DNA from: an uncultured Actinomycetes bacterium
Lineage (GTDB): Bacteria; Actinomycetota; UBA4738; HRBIN12
Reading direction: 5' to 3'
NCBI GenBank assembly: GCA_963835415.1
Contig: CAWIFZ010000007.1
Location: 5,358-69,357 of the forward strand
DNA length: 64,000 nucleotides
The notes below the pieces were generated by a model. That model did not search any database and had not been told where the DNA came from. It saw only the letters and a list, made by a program, of their open reading frames with translations. A program made the position numbers and the translations under genes. Of the stretch, positions 26,570 to 36,534 are shown in pieces; the stretch's first letter is position 1; every line of letters begins with the position of its first letter.

Positions 26570-26761
26570 TTACCGATCCCGAGGCGTCGCTGCAAGCTCG
26601 GAGCCGTCCGGATTCGCCTGGTGCCAGGAGGCGTGCGTGGTCAACCCGAGCCGCTGATTCATGTCATCGAACTCCGCCTTGCGGGGTCCAGTCAGCTCGC
26701 CGCACCACGACTTCCACGTCTGCAACTTGCCGGACTTGATCGGTATGGCCATGGCCTCCAT
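26570..26761 (-). CDS. Small hypothetical protein (63 aa), possibly a truncated ABM/DUF6176-like gene
   Basis: ATG 26761 with SD GAAGGAG. MEAMAIPIKSGKLQTWKSWCGELTGPRKAEFDDMNQRLGL... resembles only the first half of about 110-aa ferredoxin-fold proteins. No continuation in any frame. Confidence 0.4.
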   Translation of the reverse strand: MEAMAIPIKSGKLQTWKSWCGELTGPRKAEFDDMNQRLGLTTHASWHQANPDGSELAATPRDR

Positions 26762-26799
26762 CTGATGCACACTCCTTCGGATCGTCGGTTGCTTCGACC

Positions 26800-27522
26800 C
26801 TACAGCGTATCTCCCTTTAAGACGGATGGGTCTACAACGGTGTCGACCCCAGACCCGCCTACGGCATCGGCCGACCACCGTTCGCGCTTGTTCAGCGCCC
26901 CGTATGCGAACGTCGCCCAGAACACCCACATCGCCGTCATGATGCCGAGGCCGAGGTACGCGTTGACCGCGGCGACCCCGGTCGCCACGAGGTAGATCAG
27001 GAAGCCGATCGCGACGCGGCGTCGAGTGGTGGCGATCACTTCGGGCGGCACGCCTGGCCGCAGCAGTCCACGCTCGGGCCGGAACGCGAGCATGAAGATG
27101 TTCCAGGCCGCGCTGGTGGCGAGCACGGCGAGGCCGTACGTCACGGCGGCGGCTCGGCCGGCCGGGGTGTTCAGGTACTCGCCGACGAGCGCTGTCGGGT
27201 AGGACAGCGCCACGATGGTCATCATCAAGAACCCGTTCGCGAACATGAGCAGACCGTCGATCCGGTCCACGAGCGACAACCGCGCGTGGTGGTTGATCCA
27301 CATGATCAGGATCGTGGTGAAGCTGAGGGCGAACGCGAAATACGACGGCCACTGATCGAGGATCGCGGAGACGAGGTTCTTCGACGTCACGGCCTCGAGG
27401 ATCGGAACGCGAAGCTCGAGGGCCAGGATCGTCATCGCGATCGCGATGACGGCGTCGCTGAACGCTTCCAGCCGGGCGGTTTCGGATCGCCCGGCGGCGG
27501 ACCCTGCCGCTGCGTCGACCAT
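26800..27522 (-). CDS. TMEM175 family potassium channel (DUF1211)
   Basis: ATG at 27522. RLEAFSDAVIAIAMTILALEL signature followed by about 6 TM helices. Confidence 0.8.
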   Translation of the reverse strand: MVDAAAGSAAGRSETARLEAFSDAVIAIAMTILALELRVPILEAVTSKNLVSAILDQWPSYFAFALSFTTILIMWINHHARLSLVDRIDGLLMFANGFLMMTIVALSYPTALVGEYLNTPAGRAAAVTYGLAVLATSAAWNIFMLAFRPERGLLRPGVPPEVIATTRRRVAIGFLIYLVATGVAAVNAYLGLGIMTAMWVFWATFAYGALNKRERWSADAVGGSGVDTVVDPSVLKGDTL

Positions 27523-27584
27523 GATGCTCCAAGAGCCTAGTGGCCCGACGTGCGCGGAACCGATCGTTCTGTCAGCATCTTGCG

Positions 27585-28575
27585 ATGCTCGGCCACGGGA
27601 TCTCCCCGCCCACCGAGGGACACCTCCCATCCCTGGGAGGTGCGAACGACTGGCTCAACTCGCCGCCGCTGACGGCCGACGGCGTGCGCGGGAAGGTCGT
27701 CGTCGTCAACTTCTGCACGTACACCTGCATCAACTGGCTCCGCTCGCTCCCGTACGTCCGCGCGTGGGATGAGGCCTACCGGGATCACGGGCTCGTCACG
27801 ATCGGCGTGCACACGCCCGAGTTCTCGTTCGAGCACGACCTGGAGAACATCCGCCAGGCGCTGCGCGAGACTCGCGTGGAATATCCGATCGCGATCGACA
27901 ACGACTACGCGGTCTGGGAGGCGTTCGCGAATCACTATTGGCCGGCGCTCTACTTCATCGATGCCGAAGGACGGATCCGGCATCACGCGTTCGGCGAGGG
28001 CGACTACGAGCGGTCGGAGAGCGTCATCCAGATGCTCCTGGCCGAAGCCGGACTGGATGACGGCGATCAGGACTTCGTGTCCGTGGACGCGCGAGGACCG
28101 GAGGCGCCGGCCGACTGGAACAGCTTGCTGTCCGCCGAGACGTACCTCGGGTACGCGCGAACGATGGACTTCGCGTCACCGGGCGGTCTGACGCCGGACG
28201 AGTCTCGCATGTACGAGGCCCCGCAGAAGTTGCGTCGCAACCACTGGAGCCTCTCGGGCGATTGGACGGCCCGCGCGGAGTACGTCGCGTTGAACGAAGC
28301 GGGTGGACGGATCGCGTTCGAGGTCCATGCGCGCGACGTCCACCTCGTGATGGGTCCGCAGTCGCGGGAGGTTCCCGTGCCGTTCCGCGTGACCCTCGAT
28401 GGCGAGCCGCCGGGCGCCGCCCACGGGAGCGACGTCGACGCCGACGGATCCGGCGTCCTCACCTATCCGAGGATGTACCAGGTGATCCGGCAGGAGGGTC
28501 CGATCGGCGACCGTCGGTTCGAGATCGAGTTCCTCGAGCGGCGGCGCGAAGGGGTTCTGTTTCACGTTCGGCTGA
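27585..28575 (+). pseudogene. Thioredoxin-fold redoxin, DipZ C-terminal-domain-like; frameshifted near 28542
   Basis: GKVVVVNFCTYTCINWLRSLPYV...GVHTPEFSFEHD...YPIAIDNDYAVWEAFANHYWPALYFIDAEG. The family-typical end GGAKGFCFTFG-stop (28573-28575) is in another frame. The active site reads C-I-N-W, not CxxC. Confidence 0.7.
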
Positions 28576-28646
28576 TCCGCCGGCACGTCCCGCCTGATGG
28601 CGCCAGGAACATCCGGTCGGCCGTCGCGTCCGGCCCCCCGCCGTTC

Positions 28647-28661
28647 TAGGCTGCCGACGTG
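28647..28661 (+). promoter_or_regulatory. TAGGCT -10 hexamer 6 nt upstream of GTG (putative leaderless start)
   Basis: TAGGCT-gccgac-GTG at 28647-28661. No SD. Confidence 0.45.
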
Positions 28662-31600
28662 CGATGCGATACGTGCGGACACGAGAACCGGGACGGGGCG
28701 AAGTTCTGTGAGGACTGCGCGGCACCGCTGATAGCGCCGACGGCCCCGCACGAGGTCCGCAAGACCGTCACGATCGTGTTCTGCGACGTCGCCGGCTCCA
28801 CGGCGATGGGCGAGGCGTTCGACCCCGAGTCGGTCCGTCGCGTCATGGAGCGGTACTTCGAGGCGATGCGGACGGCGATCGAACACCACGGAGGCACCGT
28901 CGAGAAGTACATCGGCGACGCCGTCATGGCCGTCTTCGGAGTGCCGCAGGTCCACGAGGACGACGCGGTGCGCGCGGTGCGCGCCGCGAGCGAGATGCGC
29001 ACGGCGCTCGATGCGTTGAACCCGGAGCTGGACCGCGACCACGGGATGACGTTGGCCTGCCGGATCGGGGTGAACACCGGCGACGTGGTGGCCGGCACCG
29101 GAGACCAGAAGATCGTCACCGGCGACGCCGTGAACGTCGCGGCTCGCCTGGAACAAGCGGCGGCACCCGGCGAGATCCTGCTCGGCGAACGCACGTTCTC
29201 GCTCGTGCGCGACGCGGTCGTCGCCGAGTCGATCGCGGACCTGTCGATGAAGGGGAAGGCCGAGCCGGTGCCGGCTCACCGCCTGGTCGAGGTGGTGCCG
29301 GGCGCGGCCGGGTTCGCGCGACACCTCGATGCCCCGATCGTCGGGCGGGGACGGGAGCTCTCGCTCCTGCGCGACGTGTTCGACCGAACGGTGACCGACC
29401 AGTCGTGCCAGCTCTTCACGGTGCTCGGCGTCGGGGGGGTAGGCAAGTCGCGGCTGATGGCGGCGTTCACCGACGATGTCGGCGCCCAGGCGACGATCCT
29501 GCGCGGTCGGTGCTTGCCGTACGGCGAAGGGATCACGTTCTACCCGCTCGCCGAGGCCTTGATCGACGTCGCGGACCTGCGCGAGGACGACACGCCGGAG
29601 GCGGCCCGCCGCAAACTCGCGATGCTCGCCGGCGGTGATGGCGACGCGGCCGCGATCGCGGAGCGCGTCGGGCAAGCGATCGGGCTCCACGGCGGGGAGA
29701 CCACCCCGGAAGAGGTGCGCTGGGCCGTCCGGGCGCTGCTCGAGCGCCTCGCCGCCGAGCGCCCCGTGGTCTTCGTGATCGACGACATCCAATGGGCAGA
29801 GCCCACGTTCATCGAGCTGATCGAGTACATCGCGGATCTGGCTCGCGACGTCCCGATCTTGCTCGCGTGCATGGCGCGCCCCGAGCTGCTCGACGATCGC
29901 CCCGGCTGGGCCGGGGGGAAGCTGAACGCGACGTCGATCCTGCTCGAACCGCTGAACGCCGAGGAGTGCGGGCAGCTCGTCACCAACCTCTTGGCGGATG
30001 ACTCGGTGGATCCCGTGGTCCGCGAGCGCATCGCCACCGCCGCCGAGGGGCACCCGCTCTACGCGGAGGAGATCACGGGCCTCCTGGTCGACGAGGGTCG
30101 GCTCGTCTTGAAGGAGGGCCGATGGACGCCGACCGGCGATCTCGCGGACCTGCCCGTCCCACCGACGATCTCGGCGTTGCTCGCGGCGCGGCTGGACAAG
30201 CTGCCCGCATCTGAACGCCGGCTGATCGAGGTCGCATCGGTGATGGGGCAGGTCTTCTACCTCGCCGCGGTCCGCGAACTCTCGAGCGAAGTGTCGGATG
30301 CAACCGATGGCATCGCTGCGCTGGTGCGCAAGCAGATCATCCGCCCCGAGCGCTCCGACCTGTCCGCGACCGACGCGCTCGGGTTCCGACACCTGTTGAT
30401 CCGCGACGAGGCGTACGCGTCGATCCCGAAGGCGACCCGAGCGGAGCTCCACGAGCGGTTCGCGGCGTGGCTCGACGAGACGGCGGGGTCGTTGGGCGAG
30501 CGCGACGAGATCGTCGGATATCACCTCGAGCAGGCGTACCGGTATCGCGCCGAGCTCGGTCCGCTCGACGACGGGACGCGGGCACTCGCCTATCGAGCGG
30601 CGGAGCGGCTCGCCGCCTCGGGCCACAACGCGTACGCGCGACGGGACCTCTCGGCCACGGTGAACCTCCTGGCGCGAGCGACCGAGCTGCTCTCCCCTGG
30701 GGATCCGCTCCGGATAGCGCTCCTCGCGGACCTGGGGCTGGCGTTGTCGCGGGCGGACCTCCCACGCGCGGATGACGTGCTCGCCGAGGCGATCGAAGGG
30801 GCGCGGACCCTCGGCGACCGCCGGCTCGAGGCGCTCGCGGGCGTGCGTCGGTTGTTCGTCCACATGATGCGCAATGACGGCGTGCAGCAGGCGTCGCTCG
30901 AAGAAGCGGAGCGATTCGCGGGATTGTTCGATGGATGGTCGGATGACCTCGGGGTCGCCGAGGCGCTGACCTTGGTCGGGACCATCCACTTCTGGGCCGG
31001 ACGCTGCGCCGTGGCAGAGGAAGTGCTCGAGCGCGCGACCGAGCATGCGCGCCGGGCCGGGAGCCGATCGCAGGAGGCCGAGAACACCCGACTGCTGACC
31101 TTGGTGATCTCTCAAGGGCCTCTGCCCGTCGTCGAGTGGCATCCGTCGATTGGAGGCGATGGGCGAGCGTGCGAGAGGGGATCGGAAGGTGGAGGTGGCC
31201 GTCGCGACGAAGCTCGGGGAGCTCGAGGCGATGCTCGGCCGGTTCGGATCGGCGAGGGAGCTGATCAGCCGAGCGACAGCGCTCGCTCGAGAGCTCGGCG
31301 ACCAGGTGTCGTTGCACCGCGCGCTCACCGACTCGGCCAGGGTGGAGATGATGGCGGACCTCCCGGCGGCGGCGGAGGTGGAGGCGCGAGCGAGCTACGA
31401 GATCCTCGATCGGATGGGGAACACGGGGAACCTCGCGAGCACCGCCCCGTACCTCGGCGACATCCTGTACGCCCAAGGGGGATACGACGAGGCCTACGAG
31501 CTCTCCGTATTCACCGAACGGATCACGATGCAAGGCGATGTCGACGCTGAGGTCCGCTGGCGATTCCTCCGCGCGAAGACGCTCGCCCAGCGGGGCCGGC

Positions 31601-31830
31601 ACGACGAGGCGGAGCGGTTCGCGTTGGCCGCCGTGGACATCGCCGCCGCGACCGACTACCTGGATCTGCACGCCGACGCCCTCGATGCCCTCGCCGAGGT
31701 GTTGCGGCTCGCGGACCGGAACGCTGACGCCGCGGCAACGCTGGGCGAGGCCATCGCGCTGCGCCGGAGGAAGGGGAACGTGGTCGCTGCGGCTCGGGCT
31801 GAGCGGACGCTCGCGGAGCTCGGTCCCTAA
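28659..31830 (+). pseudogene. Zinc-ribbon / class III cyclase / STAND P-loop ATPase / TPR multidomain protein; frameshifted near 31136
   Basis: MRCDTCGHENRDGAKFCEDCAAPL; IVFCDVAGST, EKYIGDAVMAVF, GDAVNVAARL; Walker A GVGGVGKS. Helical repeats continue in the frame of ORF 31150-31830 (GIRRLEAMGERARGDRKVEVAV...). Confidence 0.85.
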
Positions 31831-32618
31831 CGCGCGAGTTCGTCGAGGCGTTCGGACATGAGGTGCGCGAGCGCCTCGGGATACGCAGCTCCGTGGGCTT
31901 CCGCGACGCCGGGCGCGTGCGTTCGGAAGAAGCGCACGAGTTCCTGCGCTGCTCCAAGCATCGCTTGCCGCTCCATGGGGCAGAACGTCGTTCGCAGCGA
32001 CGCCAGCTCCGAACCTGGGATCGCCTTCGCCAGCTTCTCGTACGGCTCGTCCTGCGCCTCGGCGCCGTGCTGGATCCGCATCAGGTTGACGCAGTGGCCA
32101 CGCAGCGCCTCGAGCTGCCCGTACGCCCACCAGAGATCGCCACGCCCGAGCGCCGAGATGAAGTGGGAGAGCTCGTGCCAGAACCAGTTCAGGATCTGCC
32201 GCAGATGTTCACGCTGCTCGTCGGGATCGGGCGGCGAGAACGGGAACGTCGCGCCCGCCAAGATCCCGCGCCTGTCAAGGAGCGACCGGAACGGCCCCAC
32301 GTCGATCTCGTTCAACGCTCCCTCGTGCCCGAAGAAGATCTCTCCCTCGGTCCCGTCGGCCAGGATGAAGAACACGTTCCACGCGCGACCGAAGTGGTCG
32401 AGGAACAACGGTTCTCCGAGCCGGCTGATGAGCGCCCGCTGGTCGGCGATGACATCGGCGAACGTCTCATCGGTCGTGATCACACCGAGGTCGAGATCGG
32501 AGTGCGCGTCGGCCGTGCCGGTCGCATGAGAACCCGCCAGGAACGCGGCCACGATCCGATCATCGGCAGCACAGCCGTCGATGAATCGCGCGATCACGAC
32601 GCCGGGGTCATGTCCCAT
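31827..32618 (-). CDS. Nucleotidyltransferase domain protein (ANT(6)/streptomycin adenylyltransferase-like)
   Basis: ATG 32618 (SD AGGAAG). AAFLAGSHATGTADAHSDLDLGVI NTase motif. The C-terminal helical domain LNWFWHELSHFISALGRGDLWWAYGQLEALRGH resembles the AadK family. Confidence 0.65.
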   Translation of the reverse strand: MGHDPGVVIARFIDGCAADDRIVAAFLAGSHATGTADAHSDLDLGVITTDETFADVIADQRALISRLGEPLFLDHFGRAWNVFFILADGTEGEIFFGHEGALNEIDVGPFRSLLDRRGILAGATFPFSPPDPDEQREHLRQILNWFWHELSHFISALGRGDLWWAYGQLEALRGHCVNLMRIQHGAEAQDEPYEKLAKAIPGSELASLRTTFCPMERQAMLGAAQELVRFFRTHAPGVAEAHGAAYPEALAHLMSERLDELAR

Positions 32619-32622
32619 CGAT

Positions 32623-33009
32623 CTACTTCCTGGCCGCGATCTGGAGCAGGTTGCCGCACGTGTCGTCGAAGACGGCGGTCGTGACCGGACCCATCTCGGC
32701 CGGCTCCTGGACGAACCGGACACCGAGACCCTGGAGCCGCTCGAACTCCTTCTGCACGTCGTCGACGGCGAAGGACGTGAACGGGATCCCGTCGGTCACG
32801 AGCGCCTCCTTGAACGGCGGCACGGCCGGGTGGTCGCTCGGCTCGAGCACGAGCTCCGTGCCGTCCGGGTCGTCGGGCGAGACGACCGTCAGCCATCGCG
32901 CCTCGCCCATCGGGATCTCGGTCTTCTTCTGGAACCCGAGGACCTCGGTGTAGAAGGCGAGCGCCTTGTCCTGGTCGTCCACGAAGACGGACGTGAGATG
33001 GATCCTCAT
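32623..33009 (-). CDS. VOC family protein (glyoxalase)
   Basis: 128 aa: MRIHLTSVFVDDQDKALAFYTEVLGFQKK...GTELVLEP...FAVDDVQKEFERLQGLGVRF. Confidence 0.85.
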   Translation of the reverse strand: MRIHLTSVFVDDQDKALAFYTEVLGFQKKTEIPMGEARWLTVVSPDDPDGTELVLEPSDHPAVPPFKEALVTDGIPFTSFAVDDVQKEFERLQGLGVRFVQEPAEMGPVTTAVFDDTCGNLLQIAARK

Positions 33010-33022
33010 CGTTGCGCTCCTC

Positions 33023-33332
33023 TCAGTCGTGGAGATGCCATCGCTCGACGATCTCCTTCAGCGGTGCCGTGTCCAGCGAATGGAACTTGTACCGACCTTC
33101 ACGCCTGGTGCTTCACGAGGCCCGCCGACTCCAGCACATCGAGATGTTGCGAGACGGCCTGACGCGACGATGCCAAGCCGTGCTTCATCGCGAGCCGGGA
33201 GCAGATCTCGAACAGGGTCTGACCGTCGCGCTCGGTCAGCTCATCGATGATGGCTCTCCTCGTCGGGTCGGCGATCGCCCGGTAGAGGTCGGTCACGGCG
33301 CGATCATAGGCAAGCGTTTCCTTGCCTGTCAA
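33023..33332 (-). pseudogene. ArsR/SmtB family transcriptional regulator; frameshifted near 33102
   Basis: TDLYRAIADPTRRAIIDELTERDGQTLFEICSRL...SRQAVSQHLDVLESAGLVKHQ, then EGRYKFHSLDTAPLKEIVERWHLHD-stop in another frame. TTG 33332 has SD GAAGGA; GTG 33293 is an alternative start. Confidence 0.7.
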
Positions 33333-33361
33333 GGTCGATCCTTCGTGGCGGCGAGCTCTCG

Positions 33362-34423
33362 TTATCCCAACGGCTCGGGAGACGCAGGGGCGAGCGGATA
33401 GACCTTCTGGAGGCCCTGCACTCCTTTCAACTCGACCTCGCGCGCATCCCCGAACCGGAACTCCCCGGTCGGCGCCACCAACGCGTGTACCAGCGCCGAG
33501 ACGACGACCTCGCCACCTGCCGCCGAAGACGCCACGCGCGCGGCGTAGTTGACCGCGTGGCCGAAGAAGTCGTCGGCTTCCCGTACGGTCTCCCCCACGT
33601 GCAGGCCGATCCGAACCCGGATGAGCGACCCCGGGTGGTCGAACGTCTCGCCGATCTCTCGCTGGATCGCCTGCGCGCATGTCAGTGAGCGCCGCGCCGA
33701 CGCGAACGCCAGCATGAACCCGTCGCCCTGACCCTTGACGACGGTGCCGCCGTGCTCCGCGGTGACGTCGGTGACGACCTCGTTGTGGACCCGCAAGACC
33801 TCGAGCCATCGCCGATCCCCGAGGAGGACGTTCAGCTTGGTCGAGTCCTCGATATCGGTGAACGCGATCGTCACCGTGCCGTCCGAGGCCGAGGATCCCG
33901 TCAGATCCGGCCGAGACTCGCTCACCGCCTCTGCGATCTGATCGACGGATTTCGTGAGGAAGAACCCGTGCTCCTCGTTCGTCGTCGGGATCGAGCCGTG
34001 CCACTGGACCATCCGCCATTCGCCGTGTTCGAGGTGCAGGACGCACGTGAAGCGGTATTCGACCGCACCGCCGACCGCCGCTTCGAACTCCGTTCGCGCC
34101 ATCGCCCATCCGACGGTGCCTTCCCTCACCGCGTGGACCTCATCGAGCCCGCGCCACGGGTAGCCCTGGAGCTCGCGCATCTGTTGGACCCACACGCGTG
34201 CCGCGGCCTCGCCGTCGTACCAGACCTCTTCGGGATCGGTCCCGAAACGCCCGAATCCGGGCTGCCGCGAGATCCGGCCACCGACGGCCTCGTCGTCGCC
34301 ATCCCGGAGCGCCTCGATGAAGCGGCGCACGACCTCCTGCAACTCCGGGGACGACTCCATCCGCGAAGTCTCACGCGTCGACGTCTTCGCCTGGCAAGCG
34401 CTCTCCGGCGTGTAGGTCTGCAT
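33362..34423 (-). CDS. SnoaL-like domain fused to class III adenylate/guanylate cyclase
   Basis: N-terminal VVRRFIEALRDGDDEAV...EHGEWRMVQWH. Cyclase motifs IAFTDIEDST, VVKGQGDGFMLAF, GHAVNYAARV. Intact 353 aa; an internal ATG at 34360 is an alternative start. Confidence 0.85.
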   Translation of the reverse strand: MQTYTPESACQAKTSTRETSRMESSPELQEVVRRFIEALRDGDDEAVGGRISRQPGFGRFGTDPEEVWYDGEAAARVWVQQMRELQGYPWRGLDEVHAVREGTVGWAMARTEFEAAVGGAVEYRFTCVLHLEHGEWRMVQWHGSIPTTNEEHGFFLTKSVDQIAEAVSESRPDLTGSSASDGTVTIAFTDIEDSTKLNVLLGDRRWLEVLRVHNEVVTDVTAEHGGTVVKGQGDGFMLAFASARRSLTCAQAIQREIGETFDHPGSLIRVRIGLHVGETVREADDFFGHAVNYAARVASSAAGGEVVVSALVHALVAPTGEFRFGDAREVELKGVQGLQKVYPLAPASPEPLG

Positions 34424-34440
34424 GGGGCAGGTGGTTCTCC

Positions 34441-34455
34441 TAGTCTCGCGTTGTG
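34441..34455 (+). promoter_or_regulatory. TAGTCT -10 hexamer 6 nt upstream of GTG (putative leaderless start)
   Basis: TAGTCT-cgcgtt-GTG at 34441-34455. No SD. Confidence 0.45.
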
Positions 34456-35559
34456 ACCACCGTCCGTCAGCTTTCCCGGACCGACGCGCGACGGATCGCC
34501 GTGCAGGCCCAGCTGCTCGGCGCCGAGCGTCCGGCCGGGTTGCTCGATCTGGTGCGGCATCTGGGCTTCCTCCAACTCGACCCGATCGCCGCGGTCGCTC
34601 CGAGCGCGGACCTGGTCGTGTGGAGCCGCCTCGGATCGTCGTACCGCCCGTCGGAGCTGCGGAGCGCCCTCGCGGACCGGACGCTCCTCGAGTTGCAGGC
34701 CCTGATCCGGCCCGCCGAAGACCTCGCGCTCTACCGCGCCGACATGGCGGCCTGGCCGGGGAACGGCGAGCTCCGCCCTTGGCAGGTGGAGCGGCGCGAC
34801 TGGGTCAAGGCCAACGACGCCTGCAGGCGCGACATCCTGAAGCGGCTGAAGGCGTCGGGGCCGCTGCCGATGCGCGAGCTGCCGGACACATGCGCGAAGC
34901 CGTGGGGGTCGACCGGATGGACCAACAACCGGAACGTCGAGAAGATGCTCGACTTCATGGTGGCGCGCGGCGAGGTCGCGGTCGCCGGCCGGCAGGGAGC
35001 CGAGCGGCTCTGGGACCTCGCGAGCCGGGTCTACCCCGACGATCCGGTCGTCCCTGCCGAGGAGGCGGCACGCACGCGCAACGAGCGGCGGCTCCGCGCA
35101 CTCGGCATCGCCCGAGCCCGCGCCCCGCAGAGCCCGGTGGAGCCGTGGGACGTCGGCGAGGTCGGTGAGCCCGCCGTGGTCGAAGGGGTGAAGGGCGAGT
35201 GGCGCGTCGACCCGTCGCTGCTGGATCGTCCGTTCGCGGGCCGCACCGCGTTGCTGTCGCCGTTCGACCGGCTGGTGCACGACCGCAAGCGCGCCCTCGA
35301 GCTGTTCGACTTCGACTACCAACTCGAGATGTACAAGCCCGCGGCCAAGCGGCAGTGGGGCTACTACGCGCTGCCGGTGCTGCATCGCGACCGGCTGATC
35401 GGCAAGGTCGACGCCACCGCCGACCGCAAGGCCGGCGTGCTGAGGGTCGCCGCGATCCACGAGGACGAACCGTTCAACAAGACGACGGCCGCAGCGGTGC
35501 GTCGAGAGCTGAAGGACCTGGCCCGCTGGCTGGAGCTCGAACCGATCCTTCCCGCCTGA
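34453..35559 (+). CDS. Winged-helix DNA-binding protein, YcaQ (DUF1006) interstrand-crosslink glycosylase family
   Basis: 368 aa. ARRIAVQAQLL...LQLDPIAAVAPSADLVVWSR...LLSPFDRLVHDRKRALELFDFDYQLEMYKPAAKRQWGYYALPVL is typical of the YcaQ family. Confidence 0.8.
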   Translation: MTTVRQLSRTDARRIAVQAQLLGAERPAGLLDLVRHLGFLQLDPIAAVAPSADLVVWSRLGSSYRPSELRSALADRTLLELQALIRPAEDLALYRADMAAWPGNGELRPWQVERRDWVKANDACRRDILKRLKASGPLPMRELPDTCAKPWGSTGWTNNRNVEKMLDFMVARGEVAVAGRQGAERLWDLASRVYPDDPVVPAEEAARTRNERRLRALGIARARAPQSPVEPWDVGEVGEPAVVEGVKGEWRVDPSLLDRPFAGRTALLSPFDRLVHDRKRALELFDFDYQLEMYKPAAKRQWGYYALPVLHRDRLIGKVDATADRKAGVLRVAAIHEDEPFNKTTAAAVRRELKDLARWLELEPILPA

Positions 35560-35616
35560 CGCCAGGCGTCGACCGCCTTCGCGTTCAGCTGATGCGCCTT
35601 CCTGAAGCGCGACAAC

Positions 35617-35631
35617 TAGGCTCCGAACATG
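35617..35631 (+). promoter_or_regulatory. TAGGCT -10 hexamer 6 nt upstream of ATG (putative leaderless start)
   Basis: TAGGCT-ccgaac-ATG at 35617-35631. No SD. Confidence 0.45.
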
Positions 35632-36499
35632 GATCACCTCGAGTCGCTTCCGCTTGAAGGTGGCGGGTCCCTCGAGTACTGCGTGTCGGACTCGGGCGGC
35701 GCTGCAGACTGGCTCTTCTTCCACGTCGGCACGCCGTCCGCCGCGGTGCTGTTCCCGCACATGACGGAGGCCGCTGCACGTCGCGGCATCCGGATCGTCA
35801 CGTACTCGCGCGGCGGGTATGGCAGGTCGACGCGCAGCCCGGCGCGTGCGGTGGCACAGGAGGCGCGCAACACGGCAGCACTCGCCGATCACCTGGGCAT
35901 CGCGACGTTCCACGTCGTCGGATGGTCGGGCGGCGGATCGTCGGCACTCGCGTGCGCAGCGCATGCTTCCGGAGCGTGTTCGATCCTGCGTCGTCCTCGC
36001 AGGCAGCTCGCCGCGGGAGGAAGTCGGGCCCGAGTGGTTCGGATGGCACGACCCCGGATACGTCGAGGAGCTCCGGACGCTCGCGTTCGGCTCGCCCGAG
36101 ACGTACCGGCAGGCGTACGTGGACGCGGCGGGTGCGATCGCCGAAGACAACGGTTTCGAGGACCCCACGCTCCCCGAAGTGGACCGCGAGACGCTCGCGC
36201 GCCGTCCGGACCTGGCTGACGCGGTCGCGGACTCGTGGCGGCGGGCCCTGGAGGGAGGCGTCGACGGCTGGATGGACGACGCCGTGGCCTCGGCGCGTCC
36301 GTGGGGTTTCAGCGTGCGCGATATCCGCGTTCCGGTGACGATCCGTCACGGCGAGCTCGACACGTACGTCCGGGTCGAGCATGGACGCTGGCTCGCGGCG
36401 AACGTCCCGGACGCGCGCGCCCAGATCCTGCCCGGGCACGGGCACGTATCGATCGTCGACCCGTTCGAGCCGGTCGTCGACGCCCTCCTGTCGGGATGA
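35629..36499 (+). pseudogene. Alpha/beta hydrolase; frameshifted near 35960
   Basis: WLFFHVGTPSAAV...YSRGGYGRS...HVVGWSGGGSSALACAA, then MLPERVRSCVVLAGSSP...LPGHGHVSIV in the frame of ORF 35819-36499. Confidence 0.75.
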
Positions 36500-36519
36500 A
36501 CCGGAGGCGACAGCCACGG

Positions 36520-36534
36520 TAGGCTCCCGACGTG
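36520..36534 (+). promoter_or_regulatory. TAGGCT -10 hexamer 6 nt upstream of GTG (putative leaderless start)
   Basis: TAGGCT-cccgac-GTG at 36520-36534. No SD. Confidence 0.45.

Noticed and set aside
28176-31328. 1050-aa minus-strand ORF, the longest in the track
   Set aside because: It is antisense to the zinc-ribbon/cyclase/STAND gene. The translation is an Arg/Gly/Pro/Asp-rich low-complexity string with no motif. This is the typical stop-codon-poor antisense frame of 70% GC DNA.
34126-36168. 680-aa minus-strand ORF
   Set aside because: It is antisense to the YcaQ and alpha/beta hydrolase genes, and its translation is low-complexity.
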